This document shows positions 13,471 to 27,603 of a stretch of 64,000 nt of DNA, in pieces. Numbering within the stretch: the first letter of the stretch is position 1; every line of letters starts with the position of its first letter. The stretch is from assembly GCF_009914755.1 (NCBI RefSeq), contig NC_060927.1. One strand, 5' to 3'. The DNA comes from the human T2T-CHM13v2.0 reference genome, Homo sapiens. Under the pieces are notes generated by a model that ran no database searches, was not told the DNA's origin, and saw only the letters and a list, made by a program, of their open reading frames with translations. The position numbers and the translations under genes are program-made.

Positions 13471-13923
13471 ATCAAAGACACTCCTTGGCCAAACTTTAGT
13501 TAGGCTCCTGTAGACCCTCTTCTTAACCTTGATCTTCTGTGTTCACCTGTCCTTGCCAGGTCTGCACAGCTCAGTCTTAGCAAGAATCTCACAAAGTCAG
13601 TTTAGAGAGAATCCCCTACCCTTGATACCTGCTAAAGTTCTTCATCCCTGCCCTTTATTGTCTAAGTCTTTGATCTGCCTTTAGCAAGAATCTCATTGGA
13701 TCCATTTAGTAAGAACCCCCTACTCTTGAAGTCTCCTCATAGTAATTTTCCACCCATTGACCTCCTCACTCTACTCACTGGCTATATATCCCCAGCTGTC
13801 TTTGCTGTATTCAGAGTTGAACCCAATCTCTCTCCCCCATTACAATACCCTTATTGCAATAGTCTTGAATAAAATCTTCCTGACCATTTTAACAAGTGTC
13901 AGAATATTTTTTTTTCTTTAACA
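13471..13923 (+). mobile_element. MER31-like ERV1 solo LTR
   Basis: 'caaagacactccttggccaaactttagttaggctcct', repeated 'tagcaagaatc', AATAAA and terminal 'tctttaaca'. Confidence 0.75.
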
Positions 13924-14734
13924 CAGTAATGATACTCCAGCAAATTAGCAGTTCTTGGGCTCAGGAGCTTCTGGAACCAAGTTTCTACCACCCAGAAAGC
14001 CCTGAGGCTTGTATGCACTAGGACGTTCAAACACATTTTAATTCAGTATTTGATCTGATGGAAGAAGTACAGGAGAGCACAAGAACACTGAGACCTAAAA
14101 ATGGGAAATATAACTGGTGGGTGCGTGTGGCATCGGCCACACTGCAGTAACCACCTCACTGCCTTCCCTACCCAAGTCAGTGTTTGGTAGGCATGTGGCT
14201 TTGAGAGCCACTGAAGTTTGGTCCATGACCTCCTCACTCTCCCCCGTCACCAAGGCTTGCCTTTTGGATCCCAAAAGCTAGGCAGATGGATAAGAAAAAG
14301 CCTCACTTCTAAATTTTTGAGGACAAGTATCCCACTTCTAGCGACTATACCACAAAACCCAGATTATGTAAGGCCTGATTCCTGCTGAAGATTCACTGGT
14401 GAACTCACTCCCATGTGCCTCCACTCTGAGCTCTCAGGGTTCAGGGAGCAGAGCAGGGAGAGTGGGGACCTAACAGCTGCCTTAAGGATCCTCTTGATAC
14501 ACACTCTGGGCCTAATTCCAGGGGAAAGACTTCCTATTTTTCACACACACACACACATGTGCACACACACACACAAGAGATTTCAAACACATACATGCAC
14601 ACACATATGCACGCATGCACATAAATGCACAGAATTGCTTTTGCTCCATGAGGCAAAATGCTTAGGGAGGCATTAGGAGCTACTGCCAAAGCATCCAAGC
14701 TCATACAATCTCAGAGTCATCTCCATAATAATCA

Positions 14735-14960
14735 TCATCATAACAACAATAATAGCAGCTATTTGTTACTGAACACCTGCTGATGCCATCATTTAAACCA
14801 TTGCATTTACTCCTATCAGTTCTATGAGTTGGCTAGATTTACCAATAAGGAAACTAAGACTCAGAGAGGTAAAGTAATACGCCCAACAACACCCAGCAGA
14901 GCCATGATTTCTACCCAGCTCTTTCTGGTTCCAAGGCCACTGTTCTCTCCACTCCATCCC
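14735..14960 (-). mobile_element. MIR SINE
   Basis: 'ataaggaaactaagactcagagaggtaaagtaa...gcccaa'. Confidence 0.7.
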
Positions 14961-15589
14961 TGATTTCACATCAGGAATTGTTTCCATCAAATATGGGAGT
15001 GGGACACAATACTCAGTGTCTCAGAGTCGAACCCTTCATGGGCCAGTTTCACACTAGAGCCACACAGTAAGTGCTCAATAAATATTTGCTGAATGAGCGA
15101 ATCTGTTTAGGTTCTTAAATTATATTTCCAGTTTACTGAAGGCTATAACCTTCACTTCAGGGTCCTTCTAATCAGATTTTTCTGCTTTTGTTGGTGACAA
15201 CAATGGAAACTGTGTGTCCCTTTGATCCCATTACACTCCTAGGAATCAGATCCAAGGAGATAATCTGAGAGACACTTTTCAATGGGGTTATGGAGGGAAA
15301 AAGAAGCCAGAGAAGAAAAGGGGGGAAAAACAATGCATATACTGCATTTTCTATTTACTTGGCCTTAAAAGAAAGAACAGAGAATTTCTCAACAAAGAAA
15401 TGAATTCTTAGGAGAAATAAGTTAAACTTTTTTAGTTCATGCTGCCAGAGCTTTTTCCAATATGCAACACGTGGTTACACTGGGATGTCACGTAGTAGCC
15501 CCTCACAGTCAGTTAACTGGACACTACGGCTAACTGTCAGAGACGGTCCATTAATGTCTTACATTTCTCATGCTCTCTCTCCTATACAG

Positions 15590-16140
15590 CTGGTAAGAAT
15601 GTAAACTGAAACAAGCTCCCAAGGGCAGGGTGGCCATGTGGATGAAGAACCTTAAATATGTGTCTTCCTTTTGATCTCACAAGTCCACTCCTAGAACCCA
15701 AGGAAATCATTTGAAAGGCAGATAAAGATTTAGGTGCCACAACATTCTTTGTGTTTCTCATGTTGGCAAAATTTAGCAAACAACTTCAATGTGCTATAAG
15801 AGAAGAATGGCTAACTTTGTGGACTATGAAGCAGGGAATAACAATAATCGTATCTAACATATATTTCTTGGTCAGGGAAAATGTTCACAATAGAACAATA
15901 AATTTAAAAGTAGAATTCAAAACTAAACAAATACTATCAAAATAATTTGTCTAAAAATAATTGTTAGTTCATATTTACCTATGTCTATGTAAAAGATCAC
16001 AAAGACACTCCAAAATGCTAAGTAGCAAACCAAGATGCTACCTCTGGCTACTAGAATTATTTTTCATTTTCTTCTTTATATATTCTTATCTCTTCCAAAT
16101 GAACATTTTTTTTTTCATTTTCAGGAAAAAGGTAATTTTT
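15590..16140 (+). mobile_element. Highly diverged L1ME 3' relic
   Basis: 'agctggtaagaatgtaaactgaaaca...ccactcctagaa...aaggaaat' resembles an L1 ORF2 end. Confidence 0.5.
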
Positions 16141-17182
16141 CAATGAAAGATTTTTAAAATCTATCTTCACCCTTCAGGAAATTGACTTGCAATATCTATA
16201 ATAGTCAAATCATCCCAGAGATGTGAGAATTTTTTAAAACACAACAAAACAGAAAATTCTAAAGAATAACTAAAGGAAACATATTTTGAAGTCTAACTCC
16301 AGCCACTCTTGGGAGGCTCTTTCTTATATATAACCCACTCTCTCCCACTGTATTTTATGCCTATTAAACTTGGTTTGTAATCTTATTAATCTTTGAATCT
16401 CTATGGTTTACCACAGTGCCTGACACAAAGGAACCCCTTAATGAATGCTTGTTTAATCCCAAAAGCAACCATCTAGTGGACTATGGGATCCATGGTGTCA
16501 TCTTTCCCTCAAATGGTCTTATACCCTTCTAGCAACAGTCTCCCTTTCCTTTGGAGACAGAGAAACTCTTCCCCCAAATCCCTTGGATGCCAAGGTACAA
16601 GAAGGTGCCTGGAGCATCTGGGGGCCACCTCCTCAGCCAAATCTGCAGTAGGACTAAAGGAGGCCGACTGGCGGAGGGCAGGAGGGCTTCAGGATGGAGA
16701 GAGATCAGGCAAGGGCTGGAGAAGTAGGCCATAGGCCAAGAGAATCGGAGACCAGTGAAGGCAGAAAGAGGTTTCTGAACCCTTGAGCCCTCAGTTCCAT
16801 CCCTGATGACCTGATTCCTGCAACTTAGCCTCATTTCTGTCCTTCCCAGCTATGGCGAGACCATACATCCTCATTTTGCTTGGGCTGATTTGATTTGGTT
16901 GTCTATATTTGTAACTAAAACTATCCTTACAGATGCTCTCTTTTTGTCTCTAATAACTATAAACATATAATATTAAATTAGAATCATTAAGAAATATTGC
17001 ATAGGGAAAACAAAACAAAACACTGCTTTGTTTCCAACAGACTAGGGCAAGACCATGCCTGATAAACTTACTTATCAGAAGAGCAGAAAACATTTAAAAC
17101 GTTGCCAAGGTGATTGATACTGATGGTGAAGTTGATGATAAAAACTTCATATAAAAATTTGAATGTGAGGCAAAGCTTATAG

Positions 17183-17599
<417 letters not shown>

Positions 17600-18214
17600 T
17601 AAGATGTGACTTCTCAAAGGCTGGTGGATATTCTATTCAACTATATGACGTAAGACACTATTTAACATGCTCACAATTAAAGAAGCAACTGAAAACTCAC
17701 TTCCTCTCAGGGTCCTACCTTTCCTCAAGTTAGTACATAAATGGCAAATACAGGACACACAGATGTCAGCAGAATTTCTCCATGATTTTACCAAAAAGAC
17801 GTGATGATTTTCAAAGATACTTGACTAAAAGAATTTTTTTGAGTCAACAAAAAAGCGATGATTTTTTAAAACTGGGGTGAGGGGTGAGTTCTGATAAGTA
17901 GCAACTCCAGTGTGCACTGTCTATACATTGGAACATTTTGCCTAAGCATTATTAATGATCTATAACCCATAAGACAAAATGCAATATCGTGGGCAGGACA
18001 ACTCTTGATAATGGAGCTTGTAAATTTTAAGGTAGGGCCTGAAGAAAAGTAGACTAAGAACTAAAAATACGTATTAAAATTCCAAATCAATCTAGCATCA
18101 GACCAAAAAAGCCATTTAAACAATAATTAGAAGGTGAGTTTAAGTTAGCAGCACTTGAAAAATGTATCTAGGGACAGAAAAATAACACTGTGTCTCTACT
18201 CTGCTGTGAGTCGT

Positions 18215-18730
18215 CCTTCCATTCACTCATCGGCTGAATGAAAAAAGTGTGAAGCTGTGTGCCAAGTGTGCGGGACTTGGGGAGAAACAGGGTGGGTGGG
18301 CTCCAGCCTTCAGGAAGCTTATGGTCTACAAGGAAAAGCAAAATAGTCCACAAGTAATAATAATAGCAGAATATTAAAAAATAAATAAGTAAATAACAAG
18401 AAGTATCTACCCTACCTTGTAGGCAGTTCAACCTAGTGCACTGAATCTAGAGGGAAAGAACACCCCAGACCAAAGAAACACCATACGCAAAAGCCCTGAG
18501 GCAAAGAGCAGGGTGTAGTAAATGTACTTAGGGAAGTCTAGGAAGTAGAGGCAACACAGTGAACCTGGATTTGAATACCAGCTCTGCCTGACATTTATTA
18601 GCTGTGTGGCCCCGGGCAAGTTACTTAACCTCTCTGTGCTTCATATATAAGATAGGAAGCATCATTTCTATGCACGGGATTATTAGAATGGTGTCTGACA
18701 CATGGAAAAGTGTTTATCAAGTGTTGTGGT
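18215..18730. mobile_element. L2 (-) followed by MIR (+) relics
   Basis: 'cattcactcat...gccttcaggaagcttatggtcta'; 'tagctgtgtggccccgggcaagttacttaacctctctgtgc'. Confidence 0.65.
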
Positions 18731-18776
18731 TGGAACATAGAAAAGGAGAGACTAGCATAAGGGCAGCAGGGGCCTA

Positions 18777-19271
<495 letters not shown>

Positions 19272-19744
19272 TTATTTCTCTACACATTTAAGAGTTCAAC
19301 TTTATCACTAATACCAAAACTTAATAAAAAAGCTAAATACTACCTCAAATCAATTGTAACCTAACTCCTGTTAGAAAAACATATGAATATTTTATAACCT
19401 CAGAATTTTAATAGAGGCTTGAGAGGTATAGTTGAGACATGGTCTTCTGATGCTTCAAAAAAACCACCTCTGGGTGGACAAATACTTGAGGCAAACTCTC
19501 AGTACCAGTATCAGCTAAGTCTGGGCCCTAGTGATGTACTTACCAAAGGAAACTTAATAAACGCTTCAAGCTCCCAGATATCCCATTTTTCCTATGTTTC
19601 TTCCTTCTGGAAAACCGGATCTTCTTTAAAGGAATGACTGCCAACAGGCTGAACCCACAAGTATAAGCAGAAAGGCAAATAACAGGTCCACTGTGCCAAA
19701 CCACAGTTTCCCACACTGATTACCAGGTAAAACCCTGAACTTTC

Positions 19745-19990
19745 AGTATAGAGGTTAAGAACTCAGGTTTTGGAGTCAAAGAGATTGGACCCAGGCTTAG
19801 GACCTGGCTCCATCACATATGGGGTATGTAACCGTAAGTACTCAACCTCAACCTAATCCTCAGGGTCCTCATTTGCAAAATGAGGGGAACAATTTCACCT
19901 GGCTCTAAGGGTTGCTGTGATGATGACCTGATAGAATATGCATAAAGCACTTAGCTAGTAAGCACTAAATAAATGACAGTTATGATTATT
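19745..19990 (+). mobile_element. MIR SINE
   Basis: 'gttaagaactcaggttttggagtca...cctcatttgcaaaatgagg...taaagcacttag'. Confidence 0.8.
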
Positions 19991-20049
19991 ATCCATCTGT
20001 GGTTCCCACAATGCCACCAAAATTGGGGATTAGATGAGGTACAGAAAAA

Positions 20050-20725
20050 AAAACACTGCTGGCAAATTGGCCACCTTTTTTGGAAAATTTTGTGGCATAT
20101 TGACTTAATAGTGAAGATACACCTACCCACTGCCCCAGTACTTCCACTCCAAGATGTGTACTCAGCAGGCGTGCAAGCCACATGCACCAAGAGACAAGAG
20201 CTGGAAAGCTCACAGGAGCATCATTCAGAATAGCCAAAAACTGGAGACAACCCAAATATCCATCAACAGTAGAATGGAAAAATAAATGATGAAATGATGG
20301 TATATTTATATGATAGAATACCAACCACATGGTGCAAAAAATTAATAGATCATGGCTACATTCAACAAAAGGGACAAATCTCACAAATCCAATGCTAAAT
20401 GAAGGAAGCCAGACACAAATGAATATGACTAGATGGTTACATTTGTATAAAGTTGAAAAACAAGCAAATTAACTCTAGCATTTAAGAATGCATACTTAGG
20501 TGGTAAAAGAATAAAGAAAAACAAGGAAGATTACCATGAAGTCAGAGTAACAGTTAGCTTTGAGGGGAGGTAGGGGGTTGTGACAGGAAAGGAGAACACA
20601 GAAGACTTTTAGGTTGTTTCCTTACTTCGTGATGGTTACATGTGTATTGTATTGATTCATTATGCTGTACATTTATGTTTTGTATACTTCCTATATCTGT
20701 GTGATATCTCACAATAACAAAGCAA
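20050..20725 (+). mobile_element. L1ME/MD 3' relic
   Basis: 'aatagccaaaaactggagacaacccaaatatccatcaacagtagaatgga...gaagccagacacaaa'. Confidence 0.8.
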
Positions 20726-22795
20726 CTCTTAAATCACTCCTGCCTGCCTCATCTAATCCAGGCCCTCTTTTCAGGAACGTCAGAGAACTGTGGTCTATGC
20801 AGTTAGCTCTGCCTTTCTGTACCGCCTGTCTACTTGAGCCAAAATCCTGGTGGGGGATGAGAGACAGGAAGGATACAGAAGAGGTGAGAAGATGGGCCTG
20901 CCACCTGCAATTGCCTTCATAGAACTGTCTAACCTTTCCATCCCAGTCTCAAGGGATACTCCCAGGGTCAGCCCCTGTCTTTTATCATGTCACTTTTGAG
21001 ACATGAAAACAAAGAAGAGTGAGTGAAGACGCCTATAATTAGCACAAGCAAGAAATGAAGGACACAAGGAGAAATGCCACATTAACCACTCATTCAACAT
21101 ATACAAAGTGCCAGGATACAGTGACTGTTCTGAGGGGGGAATATGACCCAATCAGGGCCAAAGTCCTCCCTTAAAATCCACACTGGGACATTTAGGGAGA
21201 GAAGCACTTTCTCCCTAAGGCTGTCAGGCCACAAAAATGAGTCTGGACTTCAGGAGGCCACTTTTACCAGCCATGTGGAGGAAGCATGTCTGCAAATGAA
21301 CAAAATAAAGCTGACAGAAGAGGGCAAAAGGGCTGAGAGTTGGACAGAGATAAGACAAGTGCCTGAGAATGGTGCCTTGCATCAAGAGTAGCAAAGGCCA
21401 GCAAAGGTAGGGAGAGGGTTTCAATAGCCTCGAGTCCCCAGTTCCACCTCTGATGTCTTGATTTCTACAACTTAGCCTCAGTTCTGTCCCTCCCAGCTAT
21501 GGGAGACAACATGGGTCATATCTCGTGCTCAATTCTAATAAGAGAAAAGTTAATAACATGCAAGTCTTTCTCTTAAGGGAGCCGCAATTGAATCAGGAAA
21601 ATAGAAGTAACAACAGATCATCACACAGCATATGGGAGTGCGCCATCATACAGAAGTGGCGCACCTTAACCAGACTAGAGGATGAGAGGGAAGTATTAGG
21701 GAAGAGTTTCTGAGGAGGTGAACTATGGAATGCTTTGGTTTCATCAGGGGAAAGAGAAGTGTAAGGGTAGTCAAGGCAACAGGGGCAGCTTGTGTTAAGG
21801 TGGGGAGGTATGAAGGGAACTGGGAGGAAGGACACTCAGAATACTTTGGCACTGCTGAAGTGCGGTGTGGCTGGCAGGAGAAGCCAGGGAGACTGGTCAT
21901 AAAGGAGCTGAGAGGCACTTAAAGGCCTCTGACTTCACATAGGCAAAGGGAGCCTTTGAAAAGCTTTAATCAAGAGAAAGATTTAATCAGGGGTCCAATT
22001 TCCCTTTTAAAAAGATCAAGGAGATGTTTCCTAAGTCCAATGTCTGGCAACAGGAAGACATGTCTCTCTCTCTCCCTCTCCCTCTTCCCACCCCTGTCCT
22101 TACTCCACCCTCTCTCCAGCACCCTGAATCTCTGAAACTCCCTTCTGCCCCGCAACTTTCATTTCCTGAATTTCCCACCCTATGGTATAAACAATAGGGA
22201 CAACACCAGCTAATGACAAGAGCAACAGACCAGTGGTCTTGAAAGCTGGATCTAATCCTGCTCTCCCACTACCAGGCCTTGGACCCAGGCCAAGCCACCA
22301 CAGCCTCCGGGCTCATCTGCACGGACAAAACGAGGATAACAAGATTAGTCTACATACCTCAGAGGTGCTATGAGAAGTGTGTGAAAGTGAGTCAAAATCA
22401 CAACCCCAAGATATTGATAAAAGTGACATCCTGATGCAAATAGCATCACAAAGCATACTTTATTTGTTCTCTTATTAATTATAAGTAATTAAATCCTATG
22501 ATTTGGTAAATATATACACAGTATCCATGTTTTGTTTAAAATAAGTTAACATGGATTTCTCATATCTGAACATGCCCAATATTATTTTGGGAGTAATCTG
22601 TTTTGACTTTATTATATTATCTCTGATAAGGACAGCATTAAATACTATCATTAAAATGATATATCCTGATAGATACCTAGTATTTAGCTTAAAATTAAAT
22701 AAAGATAACAATGTTAAAATGTGTTTAAAACACAGGCTTAAAAAATGAATGCAGACACCCAGACAAGTTTCCCACCAGTGATAAAGCACTTGTAC

Positions 22796-22885
22796 CTCAG
22801 CAGGGTATCAAAATCCCTTAAGATAAAGGCAGGTGTTTCCTGAAATTAGGTAGCAATATTGCTTCTAAGATGAAGCTGTGCAAAC
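22796..22885 (-). other. Candidate 90-nt non-coding exon
   Basis: Acceptor ttctctcccactag|G and donor GAG|gtacaa in unique sequence; stops in all three frames. Confidence 0.3.
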
Positions 22886-22908
22886 CTAGTGGGAGAGAAT
22901 CATTGAGG

Positions 22909-22948
22909 GTGTGTGTGTGTTTGTGTGTGAGAGAGAGAGAGAGAGTGA

Positions 22949-22992
<44 letters not shown>
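22909..22992. repeat. (GT)n-(GA)n-(GT)n compound microsatellite
   Basis: Directly visible. Confidence 0.95.
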
Positions 22993-22994
<2 letters not shown>

Positions 22995-23085
22995 AATCTC
23001 ACTAATTTACAGAGCATATTTTTAAGCATTATTAGCAGCCTTGGGGCAAGTTTTCTTTTAACAGCATGCATAATCGTCTGACAAT

Positions 23086-23104
23086 TGCCCACAAGGTGGC
23101 ACCA
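23086..23104 (+). promoter_or_regulatory. CTCF-like motif
   Basis: TGCCCACAAGGTGGCACCA is a close match to the core CCASYAGRKGGCRS, in non-repeat DNA. Confidence 0.5.
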
Positions 23105-25568
23105 AACTCGTGCCCTGAGGACAACCAAGGAAACTTTTTAATAGTAAAACAGATGCTCCAAATACTCAACAGACATCTTCCTTTATAGCTTATCCTCAAC
23201 AATGAGCCAGATTTATAGTTATAAGTATCTCCTTCTCTCTATATGGTGCAAAAATTAAAACCTATTGCTGCCTACAAGAAAACAGTAAAAGGAGAAAGAC
23301 TTCCTCCCAAGATAGACCTGTGCTACTTCTGAGCAGTTTTCAAAAGAAAAAAAAAGTATCTAAGTCCTAAAAATAAATGTTCCACTTCTTTGGGGGGGAA
23401 AAAATCCTGAAACTAATTTAGCTCACTGAATGGTACCCAGAAGTTGATCCTTCTTCCTCTGTTTTAAATTTTATCTTATTGAGCTTAGATGAGTCGGTGT
23501 AAATCTTTAAAGAACTGACTGTTATTTAAAAATTAAAACAGATTTGCAATTAATACTTAATGTGACAGGTCATGGTTATTTTAAAGGGATGAGATCTATT
23601 ATTGGAGACTGTCTCCTTCCTGCCCCCTCCACCTTCCTCCATCTTACAAAGGCTATTCTAAGGTGAACTGGTTGGGGCTGGAGTAGAGCTCTGGAAACCT
23701 ATAATAAAAGTCATTCTGGGAACAGACACAATGTATCACTGTTGGCTTAGGAGATATTCTGCCAATTAAAAACAGGGCACTGGGACCTGAGCCCCTGGGA
23801 GCCAAGCCTTCCATTTTGAAGAAGCAGAAGTTATGCAGAGCAATAGAGAATCCTCAAAGGGTCCAGCTTCCTGTTAGCATGAGAGACAGAACTACCTGTT
23901 GGGATGAAAGGTTTATTTGTCCCCATTTGCAACACCCACCACAGATAAGAATGACCCTCTGTGAATGGCTTGAGTCATGAGCTTGCCAATCTTTTAGGGG
24001 CAAAAAAAAAAAACTAAAAGAAAAGAACCAGATATATCAGTCCATTCTGAGACCCCCAAGCTCTCTATCACCAGATATCATCCCACTGTGCCCAGAAGCC
24101 CCAGTAATCCTGTTAGCAATTCCTGAGTCATTCATTCAGCCTCCAGAACATTGCTTTCCCAAGGAAAGACCCCTCATTGCAACTACTTGGCTTCTAATTA
24201 TTGGTGATCCCTGAAAACACAGGGTAAACCTTTTATTTCTGTTTCCTAAGCAGGGCATCACCTACCTCTGGACCACATGCAGGATTCGAGATCTCAGGGA
24301 AGGGCATCCTGGGAGGCTTATGAAGGTATTTTCTGTAGCCCATGCTGCCCACCAAGCCAGACACTCCTGCAGGCTGGCTGGAGAGGCAGGGTGCCAAAGG
24401 GAAGCAAGCATGTGGTCCTATTACCAATGATCTTAGAACCTGCTCATTTATCACTCTGCATTCTGCAAACCTGCAGTGGCAACCCTCCCACCCTGCCTCT
24501 CCCTTCATGTGAGGAACATAGAATCCAGCTTTTCAGGCAACTCTCTTTCCAGCAGTCTGAGGCTGGGAGTAACCCAGCAGAAATTTTAGCTCAAATGTCC
24601 CAGACCATTTTATAAATGCTGCACAAGCCCCTTCTTACTCTGGTTTCAAACCAAGAATACTACTTATTGCCATCACAGAACTCAGAATAAATTCATACAA
24701 TGAAATACTGTGATCACAAAAACACGTAACACTTCATTCACTAAGTTATGCCAGTAAATTCACTAAGTAATTTCAGTGTTAGATTCCATAATAACAAATA
24801 TCCCTAGTGATACAGCTTTTGATTTAAATAGGTAGGAAATTACCATTCATCAGACATTTGCCATATGCCAGCTATTCGGCTAAGCACTTCAATTTCCATT
24901 TGAAAATTGACCATAACCACAGACTTCTGAAGAACCCATGTCAAATCCTTGAGTGTGCTCCTATATAGCATTCAACACACATTTTTATCACCAGAGTGTA
25001 CCAGGATGGACACAGAAATGAAACAGTCTAGCCCTGCTCTCAGAGGACTAACACTTCAGTAGGGAAGGAGAACTGTCACATGATTCTGCCAGGTGTGTGT
25101 CAGGCACTGCCGAGGAGAGAGTGATTACTCATTCATATATTCTAGACCTCACCCTTTTTGGAACAATTTTTAATTGAAGAAAGAGGAATACAATGGAATA
25201 TAAAACCGAATAGAGTGGAGTAGAGAGAAGTCATTAAGAATCTGAGAAATGATGGTCTGTGGGATGAGAAAATGATCCCTCCTACAAGGCTTGTCTTTTA
25301 GCTCATGGAAGATAAATGAGTTCTCCAGGAAAGGGGCATTTATTCTGATGAAGTTCAAGCCCCTCAGCCTGTCTCTGCCTGATCTTCTCTCTCACCCCAT
25401 TCAAGCCAGGGCTAATCACATCCCTTCCTTTTGATCTTCATCACATCTAAAGACTTGACAGACCCATACCAACCTTTCCCACCATCAGGTTGAATATTCC
25501 TTCTCTCTCAACCAGGTTCATTTGGATTTGTCCTTAAAGAACCACCTCCTTTGGGCAGCCTTTTAGGA

Positions 25569-25646
<78 letters not shown>

Positions 25647-25685
25647 ACAGGCAATACACACATACACAAACACACACACACACAC
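25569..25685. repeat. (CT)n(CA)n microsatellite
   Basis: Directly visible. Confidence 0.95.
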
Positions 25686-25812
25686 CAGGCTGTGTAAGAA
25701 GCTCCACACCCAACATTTCCCCATTAGAATGAAACTCCACAAGTCCTGCTTACCATTGTGTCCCCAATGCCTACACCAAAATAAGCACTTAATCGATAAT
25801 TATCAAATTTTA

Positions 25813-26057
25813 GGCTAGGCACAATGGGTTATGCCTGTAATCTCTATGCTTTCGGAGGCAAAAGTAGGAGGATTGCTTCAAAATTAAAAAAAAAAAATTA
25901 GCCAGGTGTGGTGCCATAGATCTGTAATTCCAGCTACTCAGAAGGCTGAAGCAGGAGGATCTCTTGAGCCCAAGAGTTTAAGGCTGCAGTGAGCTATGAT
26001 CACCTTACTGCATTCCAGCCTCGGCAAAAAGTGAGACTTCATCTCTAAAATAAATAA
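25813..26057 (+). mobile_element. AluJ with left-arm deletion
   Basis: Left arm jumps from 'ggattgcttc' to the A-rich linker; TSD aattatcaaatttta at 25798-25812 and 26064-26078. Confidence 0.88.
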
Positions 26058-27417
26058 TTATCCAATTATCAAATTTTAATTTTTAGTTAATATGACTTGC
26101 TCCCCTAAAAGACTGTAAGCTCATAGAGGACCAAACGTGTCTGGCTTCTAGTAAGTGCACCAGAATGTTCACTGAACAAACAGCAAAGGACAGGACACAA
26201 AGCAGACTTGTCTAAATTAAATTACCATTCCTTATTGTAAAGTTCAGTTTTTTAAATCATAAATTTCCTTTCTTCACAAAGTCTTGCCCTTGTTACCTTC
26301 ACAAATTCTGTTGTTTTCAGAAGCCACAATATAACGCTAGACTAAAGAATTCAATAACAACAAAGAAAGGATTACTTATTTGAATAATCCTTTCTGTTGA
26401 AATTTAACATTCTTTTCCCCCAGAGAATATACTGCACGACCCCTGGCTCCTCACCCACCTATGCCTATGTTACTAGGATTTATCAGAGTAAACAGGCAGA
26501 GAGAGGCAGACGGATGTTTCAAATGCCATATTAAACAAAATATCTTTTTACATTTGTAAAATAAATAGGATTTCATTTGCTCACATCTCCTGGAAAAAGT
26601 GGCAAGAAGGAAAGCAAAGAAAACAAACGTGAGAAAAGGGCCAAGGCAGGCCTGGCAGAATGTGTAATAACCTAGGTTAAGCTGGCTACTTGAGCCCTTT
26701 AGCCCTGGAGCACAACCAGCCCTCCATTGCCCTGGCAAACACCTTCCCTCCTCCTCCTCCTCATTCTCCACCGTCCCCAATTAGCACACTGAGAGAACCT
26801 AACAGCGACATGTCTTCAGATGGTCTGTTGAGCACAAAGCTCACAATTACTGTAACGAAGTGCCCTCAGGTCTGTCTTTAATCAGTGTCTGCACCATTGC
26901 TCAGGGTGAAGAGCCAGGAGCCAGGAGTTCCTCACCCGCCACACCAAAACCCCGAGGAGTGACAAGGAAAAAACATCATCCTCTAAGAAAGGGTGGACCT
27001 GACACCCATATACTATGCATTTACCAGGTAAATTTATTTATTTCTTTGATAGCTTCTTTTCCGTTAGCAAGCCACCCCCAACATTCCATCAACCCCAATC
27101 AAATAAGGAATCAGAATTGGAGCATTTCCACTAATGGAACATCAGTTGATGGCCTCATGCTCTGGTAATGGTGGATCATTCACCGAACAATGACTGAGTG
27201 CCTACTATATGCCACAGATCACAATAGTTTATCTTCTATTCACCATTAGGTGTCTCAGGACAAGGCTATGTTTTCCAATTCTAAGCACAGCATCTGCTAC
27301 AGGAAAAAACGGGAGATATACAACACATCCTCGTTGGATGTGTCAATGAAAACCAATGTACCAGTTCCTAATCTACATGTTCTTCCTCAGCAAGACCACT
27401 TACAGCACCAAGCTTGG

Positions 27418-27603
27418 GGAATACCCAAGGCTGGCTAACTTATAAAGAAAAGAGGTATTTATGGCACTGAAATCAGAACTAAAGAAAAACTAATATTTAC
27501 ACTAGAAAAGAAGTCCCCAAGTCTCTTCTGGTAAATGAATGGGCATGGCTATATTCCAATAAAACTTTATTTACAGAAATAGGCAGCAGGCCCATAGCTG
27601 ACC
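27418..27603 (+). repeat. Local duplicate of the MST/L1/MER58 composite at 28880-29064
   Basis: Both copies share ggaatacccaaggctgg, ctgaaatcagaactaaa, atttacactaga and aataaaactttatttaca in the same order. Confidence 0.85.
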
